Below are positions 7,285-16,413 of a DNA stretch of 38,428 nt, in pieces. The DNA lies in contig JAFVUT010000147.1 in NCBI GenBank assembly GCA_017502545.1, positions 1 through 38,428 on the forward strand. The letters run 5' to 3'. This DNA comes from Ruminiclostridium sp. (GTDB lineage Bacteria > Bacillota > Clostridia > Oscillospirales > Oscillospiraceae). Made by a program: the position numbers and the translations under genes. The stretch's first letter is position 1. Every line of letters starts with the position of its first letter. The notes beneath the pieces are model-generated. The model was not told the DNA's origin and searched no databases. It was given only the letters and a program-made list of their open reading frames with translations.

Positions 7285-7842
7285 ATGAGAAGAAACTTCG
7301 GCCCTCAGCCCTACCTGTTCCCCATGCCCGTCCTGATCATCGGCACCTACAACGAGGACGGCGTCCCCAACGCCATGAACGCCGCCTGGGGCACCATCGC
7401 CGACATGGACCGGGTGGCCATCTTCCTGGCCGACCACAAGACCACCCAGAACATCTTCGCCCGCCGGGACTTCACCGTGAGCCTGGCCACCGCCGATCAG
7501 GTGGTCCCCGCCGACTACGTGGGCATCGTCTCCGCCAACGACGAGCCCAACAAGTTTGCCAAGACCGGCTGGACCGCCGAGAAGAGCGCCCATGTAGATG
7601 CTCCCCTCTTTGCAGAGCTCCCCGTGGCCCTGGAGTGCCGGATGGTGAGCTATGATGAGGAGTCCGAGCTGCTCATCGGCCAGATCGTCAACGTCTGCGC
7701 CCACGAGTCCGTCCTGCGGGAGGACGGCAGCGTGGACATGGCCAAGCTCCGCCCCATCGCCTACGACCCCATGAACCACGACTACCTGCTGGTCACCGAG
7801 AAGGTGGGCAACGCCTTCGAGGACGGCGTGGAGTTGAAGTAA
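7285..7842 (+). CDS. Flavin reductase family (flavoredoxin-like) protein
   Basis: PMPVLIIGTYNEDGVPNAMNAAWG and ELPVALECR. Confidence 0.85.
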   Translation: MRRNFGPQPYLFPMPVLIIGTYNEDGVPNAMNAAWGTIADMDRVAIFLADHKTTQNIFARRDFTVSLATADQVVPADYVGIVSANDEPNKFAKTGWTAEKSAHVDAPLFAELPVALECRMVSYDEESELLIGQIVNVCAHESVLREDGSVDMAKLRPIAYDPMNHDYLLVTEKVGNAFEDGVELK

Positions 7843-7854
7843 GGGGGTGGGCCT

Positions 7855-8049
7855 ATGCTGCTGGGTTTGATGGAAATCCTGGGACTGGTCTACTACTGGA
7901 CCTGGTTCCTATGGCCCTTTACCCTGGTCATCAGCTTTGCCGCCCTGATGAAATCCGAGGAGAACTCCCCCGGTCTGCTCATTTTGGCCGGAGCATCCCT
8001 GCTGATGATCCTGGCTGGACTGAGCTATCCCGACATTGTATTTGCGTAA
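7855..8049 (+). CDS. Small membrane protein (64 aa, two hydrophobic segments)
   Basis: RBS-like GGGGGTG directly after the upstream stop codon; hydrophobic sequence. Confidence 0.55.
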   Translation: MLLGLMEILGLVYYWTWFLWPFTLVISFAALMKSEENSPGLLILAGASLLMILAGLSYPDIVFA

Positions 8050-8120
8050 TCGCAGCTCCTTGGAGCTCCTCTCCCTTTGGGCGAGGAAAGGAACAAGCGT
8101 TGTTCTAGCCCTTCGGAGAG

Positions 8121-8253
8121 CGGGCCGATGTGGGCATCGGCCCCTACAAGAGGCGGTTCCCTCTGCTGCCATATTCGTAGGGGCGATTCACGAATCGCCC
8201 GCCGCCCAAAGGGCTAGAACCACGTTTCGGGCGCATCGTGATGCGCCCCTACG
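8121..8253. repeat. GTAG-type REP/REPIN-like cluster (family 2)
   Basis: CGGGCCGATGTGGGCATCGGCCCCTAC, and GTAGGGGCGATTCACGAATCGCCCG ... CGGGCGCATCGTGATGCGCCCCTAC in inverted arrangement. Related copies at 15754-15783, 18531-18608 and 33119-33146. Confidence 0.75.
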
Positions 8254-8258
8254 ACACA

Positions 8259-8291
8259 AAAAAGCCGCTGAGGATTTCCTCAGCGGCTTTT
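8259..8291. terminator. Bidirectional intrinsic terminator
   Basis: AAAAAGCCGCTGAGG-attt-CCTCAGCGGCTTTT between convergent genes. Confidence 0.75.
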
Positions 8292-8309
8292 GCCATTTCA
8301 ATATAAATC

Positions 8310-9758
8310 TCAGATCTTCTTCCACTGTGCGCCGCCGGCAACGTCGATGATCTCGATGCCCTGGGCCTTCAGCTCGTCGCGGATGCGGTCGGCCTCGGCA
8401 AAGTTCTTTGCCTTCTTGGCCTCGTAGCGCTGCATGACCAGTGCGTCGATGGCGGGGTCGCCCTCACCCACGATGGTGTAGCCGCCCCCGGTCTTGGCAG
8501 CGGCTGCCTTGGCGTTCTCCTGGCGCTTGGCCTCTGCCTTGGCCAGCAGGTCCAGGCTCAGGACGTAGTCATAGTCAGCCAGGACGGCCAGCTTGGTGGC
8601 ATCGGTGGTCTTGGCCTTCAGCACGTCGTAGACGGCGGTCATGGCCTGGGCGGTGTTCAGGTCGTTCTCCAGAGCGGCCACAAACTTTGCCTTCAGCTCG
8701 TCAAAGACAGCCTGGTCCACGTCGTCGCCGGGCTTCAGGTTGGCGATACGGCCGATGAGCTTGTTGAAGGTGCCCACGGCGTTGTCCAGGTTCTCCCAGG
8801 AGAAGACCAGGCCCTTGCGGTAGTGGGACTGCAGGCAGAACATACGGTAGACCAGGGGATCATAGCCCTTCTCCTCCAGCAGGGAAACGGTGAGGAACTC
8901 GCCCTTGGACTTGGACATCTTGCCGCCGGTGGTGTTCAGGTGGTGGACATGGAACCACTGCTTGCACCACTCGTGGCCCACGAAGGACTCGGTCTGGGCG
9001 ATCTCGTTGGTGTGGTGGGGGAAGGCATTGTCGATGCCGCCGCAGTGGAGGTCCAGGTACTCGCCGTTGTACTTCAGAGAAATGCCGGAGCACTCAATGT
9101 GCCAGCCGGGGTAGCCAACGCCCCAGGGGGAGTCCCACTTCAGGGCCTGGTCCTCGAACTTGGACTTGGTGAACCACAGAACGAAGTCGTTCTTGTTGCG
9201 CTTGTTGGTGTCCTCTTCCACGCCCTCACGGACGCCCACAGCCAGGTCTTCCTCGTTGTGGTCGTTGAAGACGTAGTAGCGGTCCAGCTTGGAGGTGTCG
9301 AAGTAGACGTTGCCGCCGGCAAAGTAGGCGAAGTCCTTGGCGATCAGGCCCTCCACCATGTGGATGAAGTCGTCGATCAGGCCGGTGGCGGGCTGGACCA
9401 CGTCGGGGGTCTTGATGTTCAGCTTCTCGCAGTCGGAGAAGAAGGCGTCGGTGTAGAACTTGGCGATGTCCATGACGGACTTGTTCTCACGCTTGGCGCC
9501 CTTGAGCATCTTGTCCTCGCCCTCGTCGGCGTCGCTGGTCAGGTGGCCCACGTCGGTGATGTTCATGACGCGGTTTACGTCATAGCCGGTGTAGCGCAGG
9601 GTCTTTTCCAGCACATCCTCCATGATGTAGGAGCGCAGGTTGCCGATGTGTGCGAAGTGGTACACGGTGGGGCCGCAGGTATACATCTCAACATGGCCGG
9701 GGGTGTGGGTCTTGAACTCTTCCTTTTTACGGGTGGCGGAATTATACAGCTGCATCAT
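8310..9758 (-). CDS. cysS: Cysteine--tRNA ligase
   Basis: YTCGPTVY, HIGN, PGWHIEC, FPHHTNE and KMSKS. Confidence 0.97.
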   Translation of the reverse strand: MMQLYNSATRKKEEFKTHTPGHVEMYTCGPTVYHFAHIGNLRSYIMEDVLEKTLRYTGYDVNRVMNITDVGHLTSDADEGEDKMLKGAKRENKSVMDIAKFYTDAFFSDCEKLNIKTPDVVQPATGLIDDFIHMVEGLIAKDFAYFAGGNVYFDTSKLDRYYVFNDHNEEDLAVGVREGVEEDTNKRNKNDFVLWFTKSKFEDQALKWDSPWGVGYPGWHIECSGISLKYNGEYLDLHCGGIDNAFPHHTNEIAQTESFVGHEWCKQWFHVHHLNTTGGKMSKSKGEFLTVSLLEEKGYDPLVYRMFCLQSHYRKGLVFSWENLDNAVGTFNKLIGRIANLKPGDDVDQAVFDELKAKFVAALENDLNTAQAMTAVYDVLKAKTTDATKLAVLADYDYVLSLDLLAKAEAKRQENAKAAAAKTGGGYTIVGEGDPAIDALVMQRYEAKKAKNFAEADRIRDELKAQGIEIIDVAGGAQWKKI

Positions 9759-10462
9759 AATGTATTTTCTCCTTTAAGTTTGGCTTCACGGACGGCCTCA
9801 CGGTGGTCGTCCTGAGGGTTTTCACGCAAATAGTGCTCGTCGATGAGCTTTTCCAGGAACTCCAGGCGGGAGGACATGGCAGCCATCTTCTCCAGCAGGG
9901 GGTTTTCCACGTTGATCTGGTCCACGTTGTCGGCGTAGTGGGCCTCCTGGCCGTGGACGCGGACGATCTGGGCGGGAACGCCAACAGCGGTGCTGTCCGG
10001 GGGAACCTCACTGAGGACCACGGAACCGGCGGCGATACGGGCGTTGTCACCCACTTTGAAGGGGCCCAGGATACGGGCGCCGTTGCCCACGAGAACATTA
10101 TTCCCCAGGGTGGGGTGACGCTTGCCCTGGTCCTTACCGGTGCCGCCCAGGGTCACGCCGTGGTAGAGGAGGCAGTCGTCGCCGATCTCGGCGGTCTCGC
10201 CGATGACGATGCCGCTGCCGTGGTCGATCACCAGACGGCGGCCGATGGTGGCGCCGGGGTGGATCTCAATTCCCGTCCAGAAGCGGCTCCACTGGGAGAC
10301 GGCACGGGCGAAGAAGCGCAGGTTGCGGGTCCAAAGACCGTGGGCGATGCGGTGATAGATGGTGGCGTGGACGCCGGGGTAGAGGAGGAAGACCTCCAGC
10401 TTGCTCCGGGCCGCCGGGTCACGGGCCTGATAGGCCCCTAAGGTTTCTGATAAGATAGACAA
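9755..10462 (-). CDS. cysE: Serine O-acetyltransferase
   Basis: RDPAARS, GIEIHPGA, IDHG, GVTLGGTGK and KRHPTLG. TTG start at 10462 after GAGAGGT. Confidence 0.93.
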   Translation of the reverse strand: MSILSETLGAYQARDPAARSKLEVFLLYPGVHATIYHRIAHGLWTRNLRFFARAVSQWSRFWTGIEIHPGATIGRRLVIDHGSGIVIGETAEIGDDCLLYHGVTLGGTGKDQGKRHPTLGNNVLVGNGARILGPFKVGDNARIAAGSVVLSEVPPDSTAVGVPAQIVRVHGQEAHYADNVDQINVENPLLEKMAAMSSRLEFLEKLIDEHYLRENPQDDHREAVREAKLKGENTL

Positions 10463-10504
10463 AGTGATATACCTCTCACGAATGATATTTTGCGGGTCAG
10501 GGGG

Positions 10505-10725
10505 ATAAAAAAACACCCCTTGCCCCACAGTTGGGTCAAGAGGCGACAGGATATCGCGGTTCCACTCTTTTTTATCACTCAAAGGGCTTGTAACGGTGCC
10601 AAACCGGAGGGCATCTGCATCCCTCTCGCTCCCGGGCGCACTTTCCCATTCCTCCGCGTAGGGCAGCTTGCAGTCGGTGACCGCCCCTCTCTGGCCGTTT
10701 CTGGCATGGTACTCTTCCCGTTCAA
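10505..10725 (-). ncRNA. T-box riboswitch, likely Cys-specific
   Basis: The minus strand reads GAAGAGTA...AGAGAG...GACTGCAA (stem I), a candidate TGC specifier in GGAAAGTGC, T-box AGAGTGGAACCGCG, then a hairpin plus U-tract upstream of cysE-cysS. Promoter TTGACA-17-TAATAT at 10781-10753. Confidence 0.85.
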
Positions 10726-10924
10726 CACGATATGAAATTGTACAATACCAGTATATTAACATGACCGGGAGCGGGTGTCAAGTAAGACCCTTGCACCTTT
10801 TGTCGTTGTGTGGTATGATTTTTCTGTTATACGATGGCAGATCAGATTCTGGCCATGGCGGTTAGCCCCTTTTCACGGGGGCGAGAACTTTTTGCCCCCA
10901 TTCCTTGGGAAAGGGGGTGATGGG

Positions 10925-11008
10925 ATGGTTACTTATGCGGACTTGTTTCAGTATACGCTGGTCATCATCGGCATCGTCGCCCTGGTTATCCAGTGCGGGA
11001 AAAAGTAA
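10925..11008 (+). CDS. Putative holin-like type I toxin (27 aa)
   Basis: MVTYADLFQYTLVIIGIVALVIQCGKK: one transmembrane helix with a basic tail. RBS AAGGGGGTG and promoter TTGCAC-17-TATGAT at 10791-10819. Confidence 0.75.
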   Translation: MVTYADLFQYTLVIIGIVALVIQCGKK

Positions 11009-11088
11009 ACCGCCCGGCTGCACCCGAGCGGTTTATTTCGTTATGTAAATAAACAACCTAGGGGCTGACCGCAAAGCCAGCTTCCTCT
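11001..11088 (-). ncRNA. Putative type I antitoxin sRNA convergent with the toxin mRNA
   Basis: Consensus TTGACA-17-TATACT on the minus strand (11123-11095) with no credible ORF after it, and terminator AAACCGCTCGGG...CCGGGCGGTTT-ACTTTTT at the toxin stop. Confidence 0.65.
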
Positions 11089-11147
11089 GCTATCAGTATA
11101 ACTTCCGCCGCCGTCCTTGTCAAGGGCGGCGGCTTCTTTTTCCCATA

Positions 11148-11199
11148 ACCTCTCCCTCTGGGAGAGGTGGATTCACCCGAAGGGTGAAGACGGAGAGGG
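11148..11199. repeat. Structured intergenic repeat family 3, single module
   Basis: CCTCTCCCTCTGGGAGAGGTGG-hairpin-GACGGAGAGGG. Confidence 0.6.
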
Positions 11200-11212
11200 C
11201 AAACGTTTCTGC

Positions 11213-11584
11213 TTACCCGCCCTTCGCTTTCTTCACCGCCGGGACCGTCCGCAGGCAGGCGAAATAGCCCAGCAGCTGCAGCAGGATCAGGGCCACGTTT
11301 TCCCCCTGGCCCACCAGCAGATAGCCGTAGGTCCCCGCCTGGAGGACCAGCACCAGCACCTGGAGGATGAGCTTTTTCTGGATATCTGCCCAGACCTCTC
11401 CGGCCCCTTTCCCCATGGGGATGAGGACCCCGCAGAGGACGGCCAGGATCAGGCTCATGGCGATGTGGCTGATGGCCAGGACCGGCCCCACCTGGGACCC
11501 GGTGAGCAGCCACATGGCGATGCCCATCACACTCAGGCCGGCGATCATCCAGGCCAGCCACTGGATCTTCTGATAGGTATTCAC
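11213..11584 (-). CDS. Hypothetical membrane protein (about 4 TM)
   Basis: GTG start after AAGGGGGAG; four hydrophobic stretches. Confidence 0.65.
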   Translation of the reverse strand: MNTYQKIQWLAWMIAGLSVMGIAMWLLTGSQVGPVLAISHIAMSLILAVLCGVLIPMGKGAGEVWADIQKKLILQVLVLVLQAGTYGYLLVGQGENVALILLQLLGYFACLRTVPAVKKAKGG

Positions 11585-11683
11585 AGAACTCCCCCTTTTT
11601 CTCATTGGGGTTATTGTACCCCATCGGGGGCGGTTTCGCAAGAGAATCCCGTGGGAAGCAGCTGCTTCCCACGGGATGGCTCC

Positions 11684-13036
11684 TTACTCATAATACCCGT
11701 AGATCTCACGTTCCCACTCCTGCATTTCATAGGTCATGATCACATGATCCAGGCAGTACAGCGCGCCATCCTCACCCTCCGAATACCGCAGGTCATACTC
11801 GGTCAAAGCCAGATGGCCATCGTGCCATTCTTCCAGGGTGTATGCCGCATTTCCCCAATAGAGATACCCGGCAGGGACCTTACCCTCTGCACCTGCGTTC
11901 CTGTACAGGTCCATGGACAGGTCCTGAAGAGCCTTCAGCTCCCAGGTCAGAGCCTCCGGTTCCGTGGCCCAAAGGTCCTCATGGGAAATATAGCGGTACT
12001 GACTGGTTTCTCCCGTAAAATGCGTTGCCAGAAGGTGTGCCATCTCATCTCGCAAGTCCTTCCCGACAGCCGCCTCCGCAATGGATCCCGGGGCAGCCTG
12101 CAGGCCGTTCCGAAGTTCTCCGCCATCGGTTTCCTCGCCAATCGCAATGGCACCGGTCTCCTCATTCACCGCCAGCACGATCCAGGGGACCACTGTGGTG
12201 CTGACCCCGTTTTGGGTCAGAATGAACTGGCGGTAAACGGCACAGGATCTATAGTCAGAAGACACCTGGGTCCAGGTCGCCCCCACAGCCCTGACCGTGT
12301 ATCCATCGGGCATCCCTCCCGCCGTCATCTCTCCCTCAAGGATCCGTTGGATGTAAAAATCAACAGGGCCCGCAGGGGTGCTCACCACCACATCGATATC
12401 CACATTCCAGGTCATCCCCAGGGCATCGGCGTAACCATCGGTGGTCTCCGATATCTCCCGGGTCCCCATGCCCACAATACGTCGGTCCAGATTGAACAGC
12501 TCCCGGAGAAACTCCTGGGCGAAGGTGCGCTCCGGCACCTGTCCCCCCTGGTGCTGGCCAATATATTGGACGGCTTCCACCATCTCGTCCACGTCATGCC
12601 GGAATCTTGTCACCGTGGGCATACGGTCCGGGTCCAGTTCCTCCAGAGGGGCCAGGGTGAGGTCTACCTCATGGGTCTCATTGGTTTCTTGTATGATCGT
12701 CTCGTATTCCTGATACAAGACCTCCGGGGCGGTCTCCCGGTCCCAGCCAAAGACCTGCTGGGACATCTGGGCTCCCACAGTGACCCAGGCCACCCCACCC
12801 ACCAGAAAGACCAGGCAGAAGCAGGCCACCCGGCGGAGACCGGTGGTCCAGCCGGATCGGTCTGTCTTTTGGGTCAGACCGTCCATCTTCCGGCGGAAGT
12901 CATCGGAAAAAGTATAGGTGCAGTCCTCAGGTTCCGGCAGGGAGTCGGTGATGGCCTGCCCCGCTGCCCGGGCGGCCTGTTCCAGCTCTCCCTGGGAAAA
13001 GGGCAGCTCCTTCCAGTTCACGTTGCGGTTTCTCAC
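11684..13036 (-). CDS. Putative membrane-anchored anti-sigma factor
   Basis: Overlaps the sigma-factor stop (GTGA). N-terminal YTFSDDFRRKM...RRVA is followed by one TM helix and a large extracellular domain. Confidence 0.6.
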   Translation of the reverse strand: MRNRNVNWKELPFSQGELEQAARAAGQAITDSLPEPEDCTYTFSDDFRRKMDGLTQKTDRSGWTTGLRRVACFCLVFLVGGVAWVTVGAQMSQQVFGWDRETAPEVLYQEYETIIQETNETHEVDLTLAPLEELDPDRMPTVTRFRHDVDEMVEAVQYIGQHQGGQVPERTFAQEFLRELFNLDRRIVGMGTREISETTDGYADALGMTWNVDIDVVVSTPAGPVDFYIQRILEGEMTAGGMPDGYTVRAVGATWTQVSSDYRSCAVYRQFILTQNGVSTTVVPWIVLAVNEETGAIAIGEETDGGELRNGLQAAPGSIAEAAVGKDLRDEMAHLLATHFTGETSQYRYISHEDLWATEPEALTWELKALQDLSMDLYRNAGAEGKVPAGYLYWGNAAYTLEEWHDGHLALTEYDLRYSEGEDGALYCLDHVIMTYEMQEWEREIYGYYE

Positions 13037-13551
13037 AGCAGGCCCTCCTCTCTGCATAAGGTCTCCAGCCGGGCCTTGGCCCGCTGCTCCACCTTGTAGG
13101 CGGCGGACAGGGTCAGGCCCATCATGTCTGCGATCTCTTTCGTGGTGTATCCCTGGTCAAATTTGAGCAGGACAAACTGACGGTCCCGGTCCGGCAGCTT
13201 CAACATGCACCGGGCCAGTCCGTTGTCCGTCTCATGTACCGTGGTGAGGCCCAGGCCGGCCTCCTCCAGATGGGTCACCGGGCGGCGGGTCCGCTGGCGG
13301 CAGAGGTCGATGGCCTTCCGCTGGGCGATGGTCACCACATAGGCTTTGGTCCTGGGATCCCCCACCTCCCCCACCTTGTTCATGTGGCGTGACATGGCCA
13401 GAAAGGCCTCGTGGACGGCGTCCTCGGCATCCTTTTCGTTCCCCAGGATGCCCATGGCCACATGGTGCATGAGACCCCCGTACCGGGTATAGAGTTCTTC
13501 AAACCTGGCCCGCTCCTTGGGTCGGGCGATCAGGGCGAGATAGACCAGCAT
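13033..13551 (-). CDS. ECF RNA polymerase sigma factor
   Basis: Region 2 DAEDAVHEAF...IAQRKAID and region 4 LPDRDRQ...GYTTKEIADMMG. Confidence 0.9.
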   Translation of the reverse strand: MLVYLALIARPKERARFEELYTRYGGLMHHVAMGILGNEKDAEDAVHEAFLAMSRHMNKVGEVGDPRTKAYVVTIAQRKAIDLCRQRTRRPVTHLEEAGLGLTTVHETDNGLARCMLKLPDRDRQFVLLKFDQGYTTKEIADMMGLTLSAAYKVEQRAKARLETLCREEGLL

Positions 13552-13664
13552 GGATACACCTCAAATCATAGGAAAACTTCCTTTCACTTACTATAACGAA
13601 ACAGGACCTCAAAAGTGGACAGGGGTCCCAAAATTTTTTGAAAAAGTTTTGCGCTGTACGGAAT

Positions 13665-13810
13665 GCCTCCCCTGTGAGGGGAGGTGCCCCAACGGGGCGG
13701 AGGGGTGCGGGGCCAAAGGGTATGTTGTCGTACCGGTACGACATTTCAACTTCTGAGATAGCACCCCTCAGTCAGCCTGCGGCTGCCAGCTCCCCTATCA
13801 AGGGGAGCCT
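13665..13810. repeat. Structured intergenic repeat family 3
   Basis: GCCTCCCCTGTGAGGGGAGGT...TGTCGTACCGGTACGACA...CACCCCTCAG...CAGCTCCCCT..AAGGGGAGCC; a close paralogue lies at 27231-27373. Confidence 0.8.
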
Positions 13811-13865
13811 TTTTGCTGCGAACAATGGAAAAACGGCGGGAGCTTTCGCTCCCGCCGCTGTTGTG

Positions 13866-14384
13866 TTACATATCTCCGTTGAGGATGACCTGCTTGTTCT
13901 GGATGAAGTACTCAATGCCGGAGTACACGGTGGTGATGACGATGACGGCCACGCAGATCAGGTTCAGCAGATCGCCGGGGACGGCCAGCATCAGGATGAT
14001 GCCCACCATGGTGGAGGCGGTCTTCACCTTGCCGGACTTACCGGCGGCGATGACCAGACCCTGCTCCACCGCCACCAGACGGAGGCCGGTGACGGCAAAC
14101 TCACGGGCCAGGACGATGAAGAAGGCCCAGCCGGGCATCCAGCCCACCTCCACGAACCAGGCCATGGCGGACATGACCAGGAGCTTGTCGGCCAGGGGGT
14201 CCATGAACTTGCCGAAGTCGGTGACCAGGTTGTATTTCCGGGCCACATAGCCGTCCACGAAGTCGGTGACGCTGGCCACGATGAAAACGGCCAGGGCGGG
14301 GATGGTATGGCCCAGGTACAGAAGCACGATGAACACCGGGATCAGGACCACCCGGATCATGGTGAGTTTGTTGGCAGTATTCAT
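13866..14384 (-). CDS. pgsA: CDP-diacylglycerol--glycerol-3-phosphate 3-phosphatidyltransferase
   Basis: ANKLTMIR and TDFVDGYVARKYNLVTDFGKFMDPLADK. Confidence 0.95.
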   Translation of the reverse strand: MNTANKLTMIRVVLIPVFIVLLYLGHTIPALAVFIVASVTDFVDGYVARKYNLVTDFGKFMDPLADKLLVMSAMAWFVEVGWMPGWAFFIVLAREFAVTGLRLVAVEQGLVIAAGKSGKVKTASTMVGIILMLAVPGDLLNLICVAVIVITTVYSGIEYFIQNKQVILNGDM

Positions 14385-14386
14385 GG

Positions 14387-15721
14387 TTACTCCTCCTCGT
14401 TGGCAATGACGCCGATGAGCTCGCCGTCATAGGTGCTGGTGATCTTCACCCGGTAGAAGCCGCCGGGGCGAACGCCCCCCTCTTCTCCCTCGAAGTGGAC
14501 GATGCCGTCGATGCCGGGGGAGTCGTACTCACTGCGGCCGAAGAAGAGCTCGGTGTCGTCGTCGTAGCCCTCGCACAGGACGGTCATCTCCCGGCCCACC
14601 TGGTTCTCGCAGTACTCGTCCACCACCCGCATCTGCAGGTCGGTGAGAAGTTCCAGACGGCGGCGCTTCACGTCCTCGTCCACCTGGTCGGCCATGGCAC
14701 CGGCCACGCTGCCGGGCTCGGGGGAGTAGGCGAAGACACCGGCCCGCTCCAGCTTGTACTCCAGCAGGAACTCGCACAGCTCCTCGAACTCCTCGTCGGT
14801 CTCCCCGGGGAAGCCGGTGATGAGGCTGGTGCGGATGACCAGGTTGGGGATGCGCTCTCTCAGCTTGGTGAAGAGGGCGCGGATCTCCCCGCCGGTACCA
14901 CGGCGGTTCATGGCCTTCAGGACCCGGTCGTTGATGTGCTGGATGGGCAGGTCGATATACTTGACGATCTTGGGCTCGTTGGCGATGACCTCAATGAGCT
15001 CGTCGGTGATCATGTCAGGGTACAGGTAGTGGAGGCGGACCCACTCAATGCCCTCGATGGCGCACAGCTTGGGCAGCAGGTCGGCCAGGGCGGGACGGCC
15101 GTAGAGATCCAGGCCGTAGCGGGTGATGTCCTGGGCCACCACGATGAGCTCCTTCATGCCGGCCTCGGCCAGGCTCCGGGCCTCGGCCAGAATGGCCTCC
15201 TCGGGACGGCTGCGGAACTTGCCCCGGATATAGGGGATGACGCAGTAGGTGCAGCGGTTGTCGCAGCCCTCAGCAATGCGCAGCCAGGCCCAGTAGTCGG
15301 AGGTGCAGACCACACGGTCGGTCTCCGGGATGGGGGCATGGATGTCCCCGAAGTGGTGGACGGTCTCGCCGGCTTCGATGCGGTCCATGATCCGGCCGAT
15401 CTCCTCATAGCCGCCCACGCCGATGAAGCCATCCACGTCGGGGCAGAGCTCTGCCATCTCGTCCTTCTTCCACTGGGCCATGCAGCCGGTGACGATGATC
15501 TTTTGGATCTGACCGGCCTTCTTCAGCTCCACCAGCTTTTCAATTTCACCCATGGCCTCGTCCCGGGCCTCCTGGAGGAAGCCGCAGGTGTTCACCACCA
15601 CGGCATCGCAGTCCTCGGAACCCAGGGCCACCTCGTGACCGGCCTCGTAGGTCTGCCAGATCATCTGCTCGCAGTTGACCTGATTCTTGGCACAGCCAAG
15701 GGAAATAAATCCAACTTTCAT
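14387..15721 (-). CDS. rimO: Ribosomal protein S12 methylthiotransferase
   Basis: SLGCAKN, NTCGF, radical-SAM CDNRCTYCVIP, RLHYLYP and C-terminal DSPGIDG TRAM domain. Confidence 0.93.
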   Translation of the reverse strand: MKVGFISLGCAKNQVNCEQMIWQTYEAGHEVALGSEDCDAVVVNTCGFLQEARDEAMGEIEKLVELKKAGQIQKIIVTGCMAQWKKDEMAELCPDVDGFIGVGGYEEIGRIMDRIEAGETVHHFGDIHAPIPETDRVVCTSDYWAWLRIAEGCDNRCTYCVIPYIRGKFRSRPEEAILAEARSLAEAGMKELIVVAQDITRYGLDLYGRPALADLLPKLCAIEGIEWVRLHYLYPDMITDELIEVIANEPKIVKYIDLPIQHINDRVLKAMNRRGTGGEIRALFTKLRERIPNLVIRTSLITGFPGETDEEFEELCEFLLEYKLERAGVFAYSPEPGSVAGAMADQVDEDVKRRRLELLTDLQMRVVDEYCENQVGREMTVLCEGYDDDTELFFGRSEYDSPGIDGIVHFEGEEGGVRPGGFYRVKITSTYDGELIGVIANEEE

Positions 15722-15795
15722 GTGTTTCTCCTATCCCACCAACGTGGGTCTCCGCGGGCCGATGTGGTCATCGGCCCCTACAATGTGTGCGTGTG

Positions 15796-16413
15796 TCAAA
15801 GGTCGTCAAAGTCCCGCAGGAAAGACTCCATCCCCGCCGAGACCTGGCCCCAGGTGAATCCCCGGCGGATGAGGGCATCGGAGACCTTCTTCACCTGTTT
15901 CCGGTCCTGGGGGTCCGTGAGTTTCTTTTCCAGGAATCGACGAATGGTGTCAGAGGGCTCCTCCAGCCCGGCCAGGGCCTCCTGCCAGAGGTCCTTGGGG
16001 ACCTGACGGCGGTAGAGCTCGTCTTTTATTTTATAGATGCCGTAGCCCTTGGCCTGGTAGTGCCGGGCCAGAGCTTTGGCATATTCCTCGTCATTGAGCA
16101 GTCCAATTCTCTCCGCCCAGTCCAGGATCTCCTGAACCTGGGCTTCCGTCCCGCCCTTGGCCAGGAGCTTTTCCCGGAGCTGTCCGGCGGACAGGAGCCG
16201 CCCGGTGAGGAGGCGCACGGCCTTCTCCCGGAGACCGGCGGCCAAGGCCGCCTGTTCCAGCCGGGCCAGGACCTCCTCCTCCAGTTCCTTCCCCTGGTAG
16301 AGGGCAAAGTCAACGACCAGCCCTTCCGGGATGCGGAAGGAAGTTCCCCCCTCCAGAGTCAAAGTCCAAGGTTTTCCCGGCTGACCGGGAGGGAGAAGGG
16401 ACTCAATCCTCAT
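15796..16413 (-). CDS. recX: Regulatory protein RecX
   Basis: Downstream of recA; [20 protein letters not shown] and LIRRGF. Confidence 0.9.
   Translation of the reverse strand: MRIESLLPPGQPGKPWTLTLEGGTSFRIPEGLVVDFALYQGKELEEEVLARLEQAALAAGLREKAVRLLTGRLLSAGQLREKLLAKGGTEAQVQEILDWAERIGLLNDEEYAKALARHYQAKGYGIYKIKDELYRRQVPKDLWQEALAGLEEPSDTIRRFLEKKLTDPQDRKQVKKVSDALIRRGFTWGQVSAGMESFLRDFDDL

Noticed and set aside
9755-10762. 100-aa N-terminal extension of cysE in the ORF track (also the extensions on the ABC-F, TnpB and MATE ORFs)
   Set aside because: The extensions overlap T-box or promoter DNA, and better starts with an RBS lie downstream.
11646-11677. Perfect 32-bp palindrome ATCCCGTGGGAAGCAGCTGCTTCCCACGGGAT
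   Set aside because: It sits right after the anti-sigma stop codon and is adequately explained as a terminator or stabilising hairpin.
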